Positions 38,461-52,795 are shown, numbered from the stretch's first letter. The stretch: DNA of 64,000 nucleotides from Eledone cirrhosa (GCA_964016885.1 OZ024764.1:5146001-5210000), one strand, 5' to 3'. Numbers and translations: made by a program. Notes: a model not told the origin generated them from the letters alone.

Positions 38461-41400
38461 TAGGCTGGTCTACTCGGTGAGTTAAAACTCACTTGTGACT
38501 GTAGTGTTTTAGAAGTGTCTCAATCTTTCATGCACCACTAAATTTTTTAACTATTTCCCCTGAAACTGCCTTATTTTTGGGGGTCATCTTATCAATCGAA
38601 TAGCGTCCTAAATCTAAATTATACTTCAGAATTTTAGGGGCCGACTTATGTACCGGATAGACTTGTACACCGGCATATATGGTATATATATATATATGCA
38701 TGGAGGCACATGGCTTAGTGGTTAGAGCATTGGTCATGCAATCGAAAGGTTGTGAGTTCAATTCTCAGACCGGGTGATGTGTTGGTTCCTTGAGCAAGAC
38801 ACTTTATTTCACATTGCTCCAGTTTACTCAGCTGTAGAAATGAGATGATAGGGACTGGGGTCCCTATCATTCCACTGCAAAGTGGTCGTGGAGGTGCCAC
38901 GGCAAAAAAAGCACCCAGCACTCACTGTAAATGAGGTTGGTGACAGGAAGGGAATACAGCTGTAGAAATCAAGCCAGAATCAGTTCCCGTCCCGCCCTTG
39001 CAAGCAGGGAAAAGTGGACGTAAAATGAAATGATGAAAGAGAGATAGAGAGAAAGAGAGGGAGTGAGAGAGATACATTAAAACAATAACAGAAGGTCTGA
39101 CTGGAGAATTTACTTTAGAATTCCTTCACGGAAATGTCTTATTTATCTGTAACACAAACTTCAAAAAACAAGACAACCACTTAATAATCGATAGATCAAG
39201 TGAGCCCTCCAGCTAGATAGATTTCCTTGTTACCAGAAGATAGAGTGACTGTTATAAACACAAAGTCCTTCCCTAGTGAAGAATGCACCTCCCAACATAC
39301 CTTAGAATACAACCTGGAAGAAAAGAGTATAGATCAAAATCAAAAGGTCTTAAAGTCAATTTGGTAAAGACTAAAGTTCTAGTAAGTAGAAAGGAAAACT
39401 GGGCCCAGATCTCTTCAGGTAAACTGTCCTGCTCAGTGGGCAGAAAAGGAGTAGGTAGAAATTCCATCCTATGTCCCATATAGAAATGATGGGTACACAA
39501 AAGATGTTGTGGGATCTCAGGAAGGCTAACAAAGAACGTAGCTTCTACATGTGGCCAGTGAACAGGGGCAGGAAATATCAAGAGCTCTCGAGTTACAATC
39601 TCCTTCAAATGCCCAAATGTCTCTGCAGAGGTGGTAGATAGTTTCTGTTACTTAGGTGACTAAATCAGCAGTGGAGGAGGGTGGTCCAAAAACTCAGTAA
39701 CAAGAGTGAGATTAGATTGGAGAAAGTGCAGGGATCTACTACTACTGCTAACTACAAAACATTTTTCCATCAAAATGAAGGGCAGACTGTATGATGCAGG
39801 TATACAAACAACAATGTTGCACAGCAGCGAGACCTGGGCACTGTGTGTAGAAGATCTGTAAAGATTGGAAAGAAATGAAGCCTCCATGCTTCAATGGATG
39901 TGCCATAGTAATATATGCAAATGGCAAAACATAGGTTACCATTGGGTAGGTTACTGTAGGGTAGGGTACCATAGGGTGGGTTACCATAGCGTAGGTTACT
40001 GAATGGTAGGTTACATTTTGTTAGGTTACTGTAGGGTAGGTTACCATAGGGTAGGTTACCATAGGGTGGGTTACCATAGGGTAGGTTACTGTAGGGTAGG
40101 TTACCATAGGGTAGGTTACTGTAGGGTAGGTTACCATAGAGTAGGATACTGTAGGGTAGGTCACTGTAGGGTAGGTTACCATAGGGTAGGTTATTATAGG
40201 GTAGGTTACCATAGGTTAGGTTACTATAGGGTTGGTTGCCATAGGGTATGTTACCATAGGGTAGGTTACTATAAGGTAGGTTACCATACCATAGGCTAGG
40301 TTACCATATGTTTGTTAAGGTTAGGCTAGGCTGGTTTACTCGGTGAGTTAAAACTCACTTGCGACTGTAGTGTTTTAGAAGAAGTGTCTTAATCTTTAGT
40401 GCGCCACTAAATTTTTTAACTATTTCCCCTGAAACTGCCTTATTTTTTGGGTGTCGTCTTATGAATCGAATAGTGTCGTATAGGACTATCTGGCATGTTT
40501 TCTATGGCTGGATGCCCTTCCTAACACCAACCACGTTTACAGTGTGGGGACTGGGAGGTTTTTACCATGTTAACTACACGGCCAATTTACAGCGTGGACT
40601 GTGTGTATTATTGTCATGACACCTACACAACCTCATTTATTTAGGACTGGATGTTGTGTGACCAACATAATTTTACAGAGATGGGGGTGGGAGTAGTGGG
40701 GTGGGGGCGTATATTTGGTTAAGAGGTGCCTACTGACTGTAGGTTTCGCTTTGTACTTAGGCAAGGGTGGTCTTCTGTATTACTGCGTAGCGCCAAAGAT
40801 CTCGGTTCAGTGACATTGTCTTGGAGAGGTGTAAGTGTGTGAGATCGGAATTTATCAATTCGTCCCAGGGTTTTCTGGGTCTGCCTACTCCGTGGCTACC
40901 ATTTATTTTGATCGCCCTGCACTTTTTTATACAGCTGTCGTCTTTCTTGCGCATCACGTGACCATACCAACGTAGTCTTCTCTCGAGTAAACAACATCTG
41001 ATCCCTCTTATTCCTAATTTCTCACTTAGTTCATTTATGCTTTGCCGTTCACGTATATTACTATTACACATCCAGCGGAGCATGCAAACTTCATTCCTCT
41101 CCAGTCTGCGTATATCCTCTGCACACAATGCCCAAGTCTCACTGCCATGTAACATTGTTGTTCGTATGCAGGCATCATACGGCCTGCCTTTCATTTTTAG
41201 AGAGAACCCTTTAGCGGCCAATCGTACAATGAAAAGAGCGTCTGTGATACTTTTACCTGACACAAACCCAAACTGCATTTCATCTAGATCAATTCTCTCT
41301 CTGATTAGTTGCGCTATTACTTTTTCTGTGACCCTCATGAACTGGTCAATTAATTTAATGCCTCTATAGTTTCCCCTATCTAGGGCATCTCCTTTACCCT

Positions 41401-41829
41401 TGTAGCAGTTAATGATGATGATATATATATAAAAGAAATAGGATTTCGCTTCAAGCATATCTTTATACAATATGTATAAATATTTTGTATCTCCAAAGAA
41501 ATACGGTTTTAGGAAGCCTTAGCTCTGCAAACCCTGGGGGGCAAACGTCCTCTGGTGATGTCCAGCAGAAGCAAGGGGGACAACCGTCTATGCATTTCAG
41601 GCTTAACTGACCATCGTCTGGACAGTCCCTCCCACTGCTTGCGACTGCTGGCCAGTTAAGCGTGAAATGCATAGACGGTTGTCCCCCTTGCTTCTGCTGG
41701 ACATCACCAGAGGCCTTGAAACCCTAAGTCCCTTTTGCTCTGTGTATGAACAGAAATAAATAATGTAATATATATATATGTATGTGTGTGTATCTATTTA
41801 TATATTTAACTATTTTTTTCTCATTACAG

Positions 41830-41862
41830 CAACCTTCTTATGTTAGATTACAAGAAATTTAT
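41830..41862 (+). CDS. Putative micro-exon E11 (type A3), 33 nt: NLLMLDYKKF
   Basis: tcattacAG | CAACCTTCTTATGTTAGATTACAAGAAATTTAT | GTAAGT. Phase 1 has TAG; phase 2 is open. Confidence 0.75.
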
Positions 41863-42691
41863 GTAAGTGTTACCTTAACAAACTGTCTAACCATTGTTTA
41901 ATCTGCTCCTCCCTCTACCTCTCCCTTTATACACACACACATATATACCCCTATATATATATGTATACACACACACACACAAATATATACACATATATAC
42001 ATATATATATACACACACATATATATACATATATACAAGCGAGACACGGCCTGCTGACCAATCTCGTCTTAAGTGGGACAAAACCGTCCAACCCATGCTA
42101 GCATGGAAGATGGACTTTAAATGATGATGATATATATACACTGACACATATATATACATATATACAAATATATATACGCATATATCTATATATATATATA
42201 TGAGTTCAAGTCCACCGAGGTTAACTTTGCCTTTCATCTTTACGAGGTCGATAAAATAAAGTACCAGTGGTGCACTGGGGTAATCGCTGGCCTTGTGCCA
42301 TAAGTAGAAACTATAATTATATATATATAACCAAAGATTAATATAGTTCGTTGATTACTCAACGAATACAGTTGTACAATAGATTAGAAGAACTCAACAG
42401 TGAAAGTTTTCCTGGACTTTTTAATATTAACAAATGAAAAATATTCTCATAATCAAAATATATACTTTATTATATACATTTCAAAGGTATATGACATACC
42501 TCTACGGTCTTGATTCTTCAATTCCAGTATTGCAGTCACTGCCAATACTGGAATTGAAGAATCAAGACCGTAGCGCTATGTCATAATCATATATTTTGTC
42601 TGATGAGGACGTACTGAAAAAACAACAATATATATAATAAAGTATATATTTTGATTATGCGAATATTTTTCATTTGTTAACATTTTGAATA

Positions 42692-42737
<46 letters not shown>

Positions 42738-42803
42738 AGGTAAAATGAATAATGAAAGAGTTGCAAGCCTTTAAAACATATCTTTATAAAGCTCTTACAT
42801 ATG

Positions 42804-42859
<56 letters not shown>

Positions 42860-43961
42860 TCATTATCATTTTATGTCCGCTTTTCCCTGCTTGCAAGGGT
42901 AGGGCTCTCACCACCACTGGCCATGTTTTTCGTGGTCTTCCTTTTACTGGGATTTTTTAGCACCTCTTTACCCAGCGGTCATCCTCGATGCGCATCACTT
43001 GTCCATACCATCTCAGTCTTCTCTCCTGCACACCACAACTCATCCCCAGTTTCTCTCTCAACTCATCTATGGTCTTGTCGTTCACGCATATTGACACACA
43101 CACACACACACACATATATATATTAATTCTATTGACTGATTAATAGCTCTTGTTAATTTTAAAACCATTCTGTTGAGAGCTTAATTCGTTTTGTGATATT
43201 TTGCAATAACACACATACTGAATTCATCCGCCAAAACTAAGGGTTGCCCCCCCCCCCCCCCTGTGAAGCCCCACGTGGGTTTTGATAACGGTCAGTCCTT
43301 GGCTTGGCACTGAACTAAAAGCCTGTTGCAAAAGTGACTTCCTTGTTCGATCATCATACAAAAAGCTTAACATTATTTGTCTAAGTAGACAGTACTTGAT
43401 TTAGGAGTTGCAGAAACCCAATACTGGATATTACCAACCTTCCAGGGGTCCGGGTATAATTTTCCATCATATTTTATTTGTTTTACTCGAATTACTTGGT
43501 CGTGTCTATGGCTGTGTGGATAATTGTTTAACCATCGTCTCAGTGCGTTTGGCCTTTTAACTTACGTTGTTGCTCTAGTTCACTAGCTTCTATGGAGCGT
43601 TTCCCACACATCTCGGAAGTTGTTTTTCGTTAATTTCCAATAGCAGAAATGCAATTCTCGCTAATTTATATATATATATATATATACACGTATAAGGGAT
43701 AACAAAATATCGTTATAGGTAATCCAGTTAGAGGTTGTGAATACTCTGTATTGTGGTTAGTCTTAGTCTACGGCGTTGTTTGACTCAACAAGAGGTTTCC
43801 GTAGGTGGCAAGTATTTGAGTTCTCTTGAATTCCTATGTAAGTTTTGTTGTACACCAGTTACCATAACTCTAGCAACCCATCACATTTATTTCTACTGAA
43901 TCTCATATTTGTTAAGTTTAACGTAGAGATTATAGTAATATCAATGTCTTGCTGTAGCTTA

Positions 43962-46080
43962 TAGGGTAGGTTACCATAGGGTAGGTTACTGTAGGGTAGG
44001 TTACCATAGGGTAGATAGTGTCTGGTAGGTTACCATAGGGTAGGTTACGATAGGGTAGGATAGTGTTTGGTAGGTTACCATAGGGTAGGTTACTGTAGGG
44101 TAGGTTACGATAGGGTAGGATACTGTAGGGTAAGTTACTGGAGCGTAGGTTACGATAGGGTAGGTTACCATTGGGTAGGTTACCATTGGGTAGGTTATTA
44201 TAGGGTAGGTTACCACAGGGTAGGTTACCATAGAATAGGTTACTGTAGGGTATTTTACCATAGGGTATGTTACCATAGGGTAGGTTACCTTAAGGTAGGT
44301 TACCATAGGTAGGTTACCTTAGGGTAGGTGACCATAGTGTAGGTTACCATAGATTAGGTTCTGTATGGTAGGTTAGGTTACTATAGGGTAGGTTACCATA
44401 GGGTAGGTTACGATAGGGTAGGTTACCATAGCGTAGGTTACTATTGGGTAGGTTACCATAGGGTAGGTTACTGTAGGTTAGGTTACGTAGGGTTGGTTAC
44501 CATAGGGTAGGTTGCCATAGAGTAGGTTATTATAGGGTAGGTTACCATAAGGTAGATTACCTCAGGGTAGGTTACTGTAGGGTAGGTTACCATGGGGTAG
44601 GTTACCATAGGGTAGGTTACCATAGTGTAGGTTACCTTAAATTAGGTTACCACAGGATAAGTTACCATATGGTAGGTTACTGTAGGTTAGGTTACCATAG
44701 GTCAGGTTACCATAGGGTAGGTTACTATAGGTTGCTACCATTGGGTAGGTTACTGTAGGGTAACATAGGTTACCATAGTGTAGGTTAATATAACATAGGT
44801 CACCATAGTGTAGGTTACTTTAGATTAGGTTACCATAGGGTAGGTTACCACAGGATAGGTTACCATAGGGTAGGTTACTATAGGTTGTTACCATAGGGTA
44901 GGTTACGATATGGTTGGTTACCATAGTGTAGGTTACTATAACATTGGTTACCATAGTGTAGGTTACCTTAATTTAGGTTACCATAGGTTAGGTTACCGTA
45001 TCGTAGGTTACTGTAGGTTAGGTTACCATAGGGTAGGTTACTATAGGGTAGGCTACCAATGATAGGTTACCATAGGGTAGGTTACCACAGGATATGTTAC
45101 CATAGGGTAGGTTACTGTAGGGTAGGTTACTATAACATAGGTCACCATAGTGTAGGTTACTTTAGATTAGGTTACCATAGGGTAGGTTACCACAGGATAA
45201 GTTACCATATGGTAGGTTACTGTAGGTTGTTACCATAGGCTAGGTTACTATAACATAGGTTACCAAAGTGTAGGTTTCTATAGGTTGTTACCATAGGGTA
45301 GGTTACTGTAGGGTAGGTTACCATAGGTTAGGTTACCATAGTGTAGGTTACTGTAGGGTAGGTTACTGTAGGGTAGGATACTGTAGGGTAGAATACTGTA
45401 GGGTAGGTTACCATAGGGTAGGATACTGTAGGGTAGGTTACTGTAGGGTAGGTTACTGTAGGGTAGGATACTGTAGGGTAGGTTACTGTAGGGTAGGATA
45501 CTGTAGGGTAGGTTACCGTAGGGTAGGTTACTGTAGGGTAGGTTACCATAGGGTAGGATACTGTAGGGTAGGTTACTGTAGGGTAGGATACTGTAGGGTA
45601 GGATACTGTAGGGTAGGTTACCATAAGGTAGGATACTGTAGGGTAGGATACTGTAGGGTAGGATACTGTAGGGTAGGTTACTGTAGGGTAGGTTACCGTA
45701 GGGTAGGTTACTGTAGGGTAGGTTACCATAGGGTAGGATACTGTAGCGTAGGTTACTGTAGTGTAGGTTACCATAGGGTAGGTTATTATAGTATAGGTTA
45801 CCGTAGGGTAGGTTTCCATGAAGTAGGTGACCATAGGGTAGGTTACTATAAGTAAGGTTACCATAGGGTAGGTTTCCATGAAGTAGGTTACCACAGGGTA
45901 GGTTAACATAAATTAGGTTACCTTAGGGTAGGTTACCATAAGTTAGGTTACCATAGGGTAGGTTTCCACAAGGTATTAACATAAAGTAGGTTACCATAAG
46001 TTAGGTTACCATAGGGTAGGTTACCATAAGTTAGGTTACCAGAGGGTAGGTTACCATAGGTTTGTTAAGGTTAGGCTAGG
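43962..46080 (+). repeat. 15-bp satellite array with a homogeneous recent expansion at ~45350-45770
   Basis: Run of GGGTAGG(T/A)TACTGTA units. Confidence 0.95.
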
Positions 46081-47918
46081 CTGGTCTACTCGGTGAGTTA
46101 AAACTCACTTGTGACTGTAGTGTTTTAGAATAAGTGTCTTAATCTTTCGTGCACCACTAAATTTTTTAACTATTTCCCCTGAAACTGCCTTATTTTGGGG
46201 AGGTTATCTTATCAATCGAATAGCGTCCTAAATCTAAATTACACCTCAGAATTTTAGGGGCCACGCTATGTACCGGATAGACTTGTACACCGGCATATAT
46301 ATATATGCAAAGAGAGCGAGAGAAACAGCGGGAGTGAGAGAGATACATTAAAACAATAACAGAGGTCTGACTGGAGAATTTACTTTAGAATTTTAAGAGA
46401 AAAGAGGAAGGTTTCAGACTTCTGGAATTCCTTCACGAAAATGTCCTATTTATCTGTAACACAAACTTCAAAAAATGAGACAACCACTTAATAACCTATA
46501 GATCATGTGAGCCCACCAGCTAGATAGATTTCCTTGTTACCATAAGACAGAGTGACTGTTATAAAAACAAAGTCCCTCCCTAGTGAAGAATGCACCTCCC
46601 AACATACCTTAGGAGACAACCTGGAAGAAAAGAGTATAGATCAAAATCAAAAGGTCTTAAAGTCAATTTGGTAAAGACTAAAGTTCTAGTAAGTAGAAAG
46701 GAAAACTGGGCCCAGATCTCTTCAGGTAAACTGTCCTGCTCAGTGTGCAGAAAAGGAGTAGGTAGAAATTCCATCCTATGTCCCATATAGAAATGATGGG
46801 TACACAAAAGATGTTGTGGGATCTCAGGAAGGCTAACAAAGAATGTAGCTTCTACATGTGGCCAATGAACAGGAGCAGGAAATATCAAGAGCTCTCGGGT
46901 TACAATCTCCTTCAAATACCCAGAAGTCTCTGTAGAGGTGGTAGATAGTTTCTGTTACCTAGGTGACTAAATCAGCAGTGGAGTAGGGTGGTCCCAAAAC
47001 TCAGTAACAAGAGTGAGATTAGATTGGAGAAAGTGCAGGGATCTACTACTACTGCTAACTACAAAAGGTTTTTCCCTCAAAATGAAGGGCAGACTGTATG
47101 ATGCAGGTATACAAACAACAATGTTGCACAGCAGCGAGACCTGGGCACTGTGTGTAGAAGATCTGTAAAGATTGGAAAGAAATGAAGCCTCCATGCTTCA
47201 ATGGATGTGCCATAGTAATATAGGCAAATGGCAAAACATAAATGTACTGTGAGAGAAATTAGGCATAAGAGGGATTAGATGCAGTGTGCAGGAGAGGGAT
47301 TGTTTTGGTATAGAAATGTGATGTGTATGAAGGGTGACAGCTGTATAAAAAGGTGCCAAACGCACAAAGTTGACAGAGGCCGTGGAGTGGGCAGGTCTAG
47401 GAAGACTTGGGATGAGGTAAGGAAAGCTGACTTTGCACAATTACACCTAGCTAAGGCAATGACACAGGATGGTGACCTCTGGCGCTATGCACAATTATAG
47501 TGGACTACATCCACAATCCACCAGACATTTTCCCTACCAACACCCCACACAAGTTCCCAAACCTCACCATAAAGTGGTCCCGCTGCAGCCATGACAAACG
47601 TGTCCAGTCCACACTGTACAGTGGTCTTGTAGGTGTCCTGCCAAAAATTAATATTGGGCCTTAAAACCTTGAGTGCCTTTTGTTCTGTGTATGAACATAA
47701 ATAATTGTTTCTACTTTTGGCACAAGGCCAGCAATTATCCAGTGCATTACTGGTACTTTATTTTATCGACCCCGTAAGGATGAAAGGCAAAGTTAACCTC
47801 GGCGGGATTTGAACTCAGATCGGAAAGGGAAGTAACTAAATAAATAATGTAATATATATATATATGTATTTGTGTGTGTATCTATTTATATATTTAACTA
47901 TATTTTTTGTAATCACAG

Positions 47919-47960
47919 GACTGATACAGAGGAGAGTATCGCTCCAGAAAAGAATGACGA
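47919..47960 (+). CDS. Putative micro-exon E12 (type B3 variant), 42 nt: TDTEESIAPEKND
   Basis: aatcacAG | GACTGATACAGAGGAGAGTATCGCTCCAGAAAAGAATGACGA | GTAAGT. Three nonsynonymous changes relative to E5. Confidence 0.73.
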
Positions 47961-48033
47961 GTAAGTTTTAGTTTTACATACTATCTAACCATTATTCTAT
48001 CTGTTCCTTCCCATCTCTCTCTCTCTCTCTCTT

Positions 48034-48067
<34 letters not shown>

Positions 48068-48300
48068 GTAAGGTGTATTACTGGCTGTGTAAAACGGTCC
48101 AATAAATTTTTGTTAGCAATATTAAGTCCTCCACGCTTTTGTATATCTCCAATTCCATTCAAGGGAACAGCTAGATGATGTAAAACGGAGTATTTGTATC
48201 AAAATGAAAATCCGAAGGCAAGGTAAAATTTCCAATCATTTTAATCACGTTGTGATTAAAATGATTGGAAATCTTACCTTCCTTTGGATTTTCATTTTGA

Positions 48301-48335
<35 letters not shown>

Positions 48336-50865
48336 GACTCTGTCTCTTATAAACCACGTTGGCTATTATGACACTCTCTCCAACATAGAGAGCTATGTTG
48401 GCTAATATGACTCTCTCTCTCCCTCTCTATGTTGGCTATTATGACTCTCTCTCTCTCCCTCTCTATGTTGGCTATTATGACTATCTCTCTCTATGTTGGC
48501 TATAATGACTCTCTCTCTCTATTTATGTTGGCTATTATGACTCTCTCTCTCTCTCTCTCTCCCTCCCTCTCTATGTTGGCTATTATGACTCTCTCTCTCC
48601 CTCTCTATGTTGGCTATTATGACTCTCTCTCTCTCTATGTTGGCTATAATGACTCTCTCTCTCTCTATGTTGGCTATTATGACTCTCCCACTCTATGTTG
48701 GCTATTATGACTCTCTCTCTCTCTATGTTGGCTATAATGACTCTCTCTCTCTCTATGTTGGCTATAATGACTCTCCCACTCTATGTTGGCTATTATGACT
48801 CTCTCTCTCTCTATGTTGGCTATAATGACTCTCTCTCTCTCTATGTTGGCTATTATGTCTCTCTCTGTTCAAGCTTTATGAAGTTAGTTGAACATCTTCA
48901 AAGTCCTCCCATATTCGCCTTGTCTAATATGCGTTCTTGTACCTGATTATTTCCCCCAAATCTCCTGGGAAGTTATAAGCCATGATGGCTACCTATCTCA
49001 CAATTTCTCTCCTGCCCACCCCCTCACACCACCATAGTCTATTCGACCAATCAAACCTCAGAAACATGTCCCCACCCATTACCAACCCCAACAAACTCTG
49101 CCATTACTACTACTTCTACTTTTCTTCTAGCCCTTACCAGCCCCAACAAACCCTGACATTATTACTACTATTGTCCTTCTAGCTATGGGCTGAGGATAAA
49201 TGGGGCTACCCCAAATTAATAAATGAATATGAATCCGCGAGTTACCAAGCACCCATGCAAAGCTTTAATTCAGAGACAGGAAGCATACACACCCCACTGC
49301 AAAATTCACCCTTTCCCACGAGTGGTGGCAAATGCCCAAAACTCCGAGTTGGAACCATCAATGTAAGCACAATGAAAGGAAGAGCAGGAGAAATTGTAGA
49401 GATGCTAGAGCGAAAGAAAATTGATGTATGCTGTGTGCAAGAGACTAGATGGAGAGCAGAGTCCGCTGGAGTCCTTGCAGGCAGAAGTCAGTGCTACCAA
49501 CTTGTCTGGGTAGCAAATGACAACAGGATGGGAGGTGTAGCTATCCTATTAGCTGACAAATGGGTAGATAAGGTAATCTCAGTGAACAGGGTGAATGCAA
49601 GAATAATGAAACTTGGACAAGTCCTGAATAAAACAATTGCCACAATAATATCAGCTTACGCACCCCAATTGGGGTTGCCAGCTGACTATAGCGGGGAATT
49701 TAGTTTAGAGGTCGGTGTCCACCAGGGCTCTGTTCTTAGCCCACTCCTGTTCGTTGAAGTATTGCAAGCAATAACGGAGGTGATTATGACCGGTGCCCAT
49801 GGGAACTCCTATATGCGGATCATCTCACACTTATAGCCGAATCTATGGTGGAACTATACTTGCTCAGTATGTAGAAAAGGAGTAGGCTGGCTGCAAAAGG
49901 CTTTCCCCTCAAAATGAAAAGCAGACTGTATGATGTGGGTATACGAATAGCAATGTTACATAGTAGTGAAACCTTGGCGCCGTCTGTGGAAGAATTGCAT
50001 AGATTAGAAAGAAATGAAGCCTGCATGCTCCGATGGATGTGTAATAGTAATATACGCAAACGGCAAAGCATAAATGAATTGAGAGAGTGACTGAGCATAA
50101 GAGGAATGAAATGCTGTGTGCAGGAGAGGAGGTTGCATTGGACATGTGATGCGTATGAAGGATGACAGCTGTATAAAAAGGTGTAGAGCAGTAGAAGTCG
50201 ATGGAAGCCGTAGAGTGGGGAGACCCAAGAAGAGCTGGGATGAGGTGATAAAAGCCGACCTTACCCAGTTGCACCTCTCAAAGGCGATGACACAGGACCG
50301 TCACCTCTGGCATCAAGCAGTAATACAGAAGACCTGACTCCCCAGGGCTACAAGCGGAAGCTGAAGCGTATGCTCCCACCCTCTCCGACTGTACAGTGGA
50401 CGTATAGGCGCCACAGACAAAAAGCACCCAGGACTCACTGTAAATGAGGTTGGTGTTAGGAAGGGCATCCAGCTGTAGGAATCAAGCCAGAATCAGTTCC
50501 TGTATGAGCAAGACAAGGTCAGCTGAACAGACACTGCCCACAACAGGACAACCCGTCTAACCCATGCTAGCGTGGAAGAATGGACGTAAAACAGTGATGA
50601 TGAAGATGATATATCATATATGCCAGTGTACAAGTTGACATTTGGAGCCTAAAAATATCTCTCCAAAACCAGGGGTCGACTTGTCTGCTGAATATAGTAT
50701 GTTACCTTTACCACTGAGGGGTAAACAGTGAAACTGCCTGCCTAACACTTGTTGTACACCACTTACCATAACTCTAGCAACCCACCACATTTATTTCTAC
50801 TGAATCTCATATTTGTTAAGTTTAACGTAGAGATTATAGTAATATCAATGTCTTGCTGTAGCTTA

Positions 50866-52795
50866 TAGGGTAGGTTACTGTTGGGTAGGTTACTGTAGCG
50901 TAGGTTACCATAGGGTAGGATAGTGTCTGGTAGGTTACCATAGGGTAGGTTACTGTAGGGTAGGTTACTGTAGCGTAGGTTACCATAGGGTAGGATAGTG
51001 TCTGGTAGGTTACCATAGGGTAGGTTACTGTTGGGTAGGTTACTGTAGCGTAGGTTACCATAGGGTAGGATAGTGTCTGGTAGGTTACCATAGGGTAGGT
51101 TACTGTTGGGTAGGTTACTGTAGCGTAGGTTACCATAGGGTAGGATAGTGTCTGGTAGGTTACCATAGGGTAGGTTACTGTAGGGTAGGTTACGATAGGG
51201 CAGGATACTGTAGGGTAAGTTACTGGAGGGTAGGTTACCATAGGGTAGGTTACCGTAGGGTAGGTTACCATTGGGTAGGTTATTATAGGGTAGGTTACCA
51301 CAGGGTAGGTGACCATAGAATAGGTTACTGTAGGGTATTTTACCATAGGGTATGTTACCATAGGGTAGGTTACCTTATGGTAGGTTACCTTAAGGTAGGT
51401 TACCATAGGGTAAGTTACCATAGGGTAGGTTACCTTAGGGTAGGTGACCATAGTGTAGGCTACCATAGGTTAGGTTCTGTATGGTAGGTTAGGTTACTAT
51501 AGGGTAGGTTACCATAGGGTAGGTTACGATAGGGTTAGTTACCATAGGGTAGGTTACCATAGCGTAGGTTACTATTGGGTAGGTTACCATAGGGTAGGTT
51601 ACTGTAGGTTAGGTTACGTAGGGTAGGTTACCATAGGGTAGGTTGCCATAGAGTAGGTTATTATAGGGTAGGTTACCATAAGGTAGATTACCTCAGGGTA
51701 TGTTACCATATGGTAGGTTACCATAGGGTAGGTTACTGTAGGGTAGGTTACCATAGTGTAGGATACCTTAAATTAGGTTACCACAGGAAAAGTTACCATA
51801 TGGTAGGTTACTGTAGGTTAGGTTACCATAGGGTAGGTTATCATAGGTTAGGTTACCAAAGGGTAGGTTACTATAGGTTGTTACCATTGGGTAGGTTACT
51901 GTAGGGTAACATAGGTTACCATAGTGTAGGTTAATATAACATAGGTCACCATAGTGTAGGTTACCTTAGATTAGGTTACCACAGGATAGGTTACCATATG
52001 GTAGGTTACTGTAGGTTAGGTCACCATAGGGTAGGTTACTATAGGGTAGGCTACTATAGGTTGTTACTATAGGGTAGGCTACTATAGGTTGTTACCATAG
52101 GGTAGGTTACTATAGGTTGTTACCATAGAGTAGGTTACAATATGGTTGGTTACCATAGTGTAGGTTACTATAACATTGGTTACCATAGTGTAGGTTACCT
52201 TAATTTAGGTTACCATAGGTTAGGTTACCGTATCGTAGGTTACTGTAGGTTAGGTTACAATAGGGTAGGTTACTATAGGGTAGGCTACCAATGATAGGTT
52301 ATGATGGGTTAGGTTCCATAGGGTAGGTTACCACAGTATATGTTACCATATGCTAGGTTAGGTTACCATAGGGTAGGTCACCATAGTGTAGGTTACTTTA
52401 GATTAGGTTACCATAGGGTAGGTTACCACAGGATAAGTTACCATATGGTAGGTTACTATAACATAGGTTACCAAAGTGTAGGTTTCTATAGGTTGTTACC
52501 ATAGGGTAGGTTACTGTAGGGTAGGTTACTGTAAGGTAGGTTACCATAGGGTAGGATACTGTAGGGTAGGTTACCAGAGGGTAGGTTATTATAGTATAGG
52601 TTACCGTAGGGTAGGTTTCCATGAAGTAGGTGACCATAGGGTAGGTTACTATAAGTTAGGTTACCATAGGGTAGGTTTCCATGAAGTAGGTTACCACAGG
52701 GTAGGTTAACATAAATTAGGTTACCTTAGGGTAGGTTACCATAAGTTAGGTTACCATACGGTAGGTTACCATAGGTTTGTTAAGGTTAGGCTAGG
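50866..52795 (+). repeat. 15-bp satellite array with a 75-bp higher-order repeat at its start
   Basis: A 5-unit block containing TAGTGTCTGG is repeated 4 times (50870-51180). Confidence 0.93.

Larger units (their letters stand above)
1..41800 (+). repeat. Higher-order segmental duplication with a period of ~21-22 kb
   Basis: Offsets are 22025 (E1-E7), 22056 (E2-E8) and 22056 (E3-E9). The ORF track recurs with near-identical translations. Confidence 0.85.
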
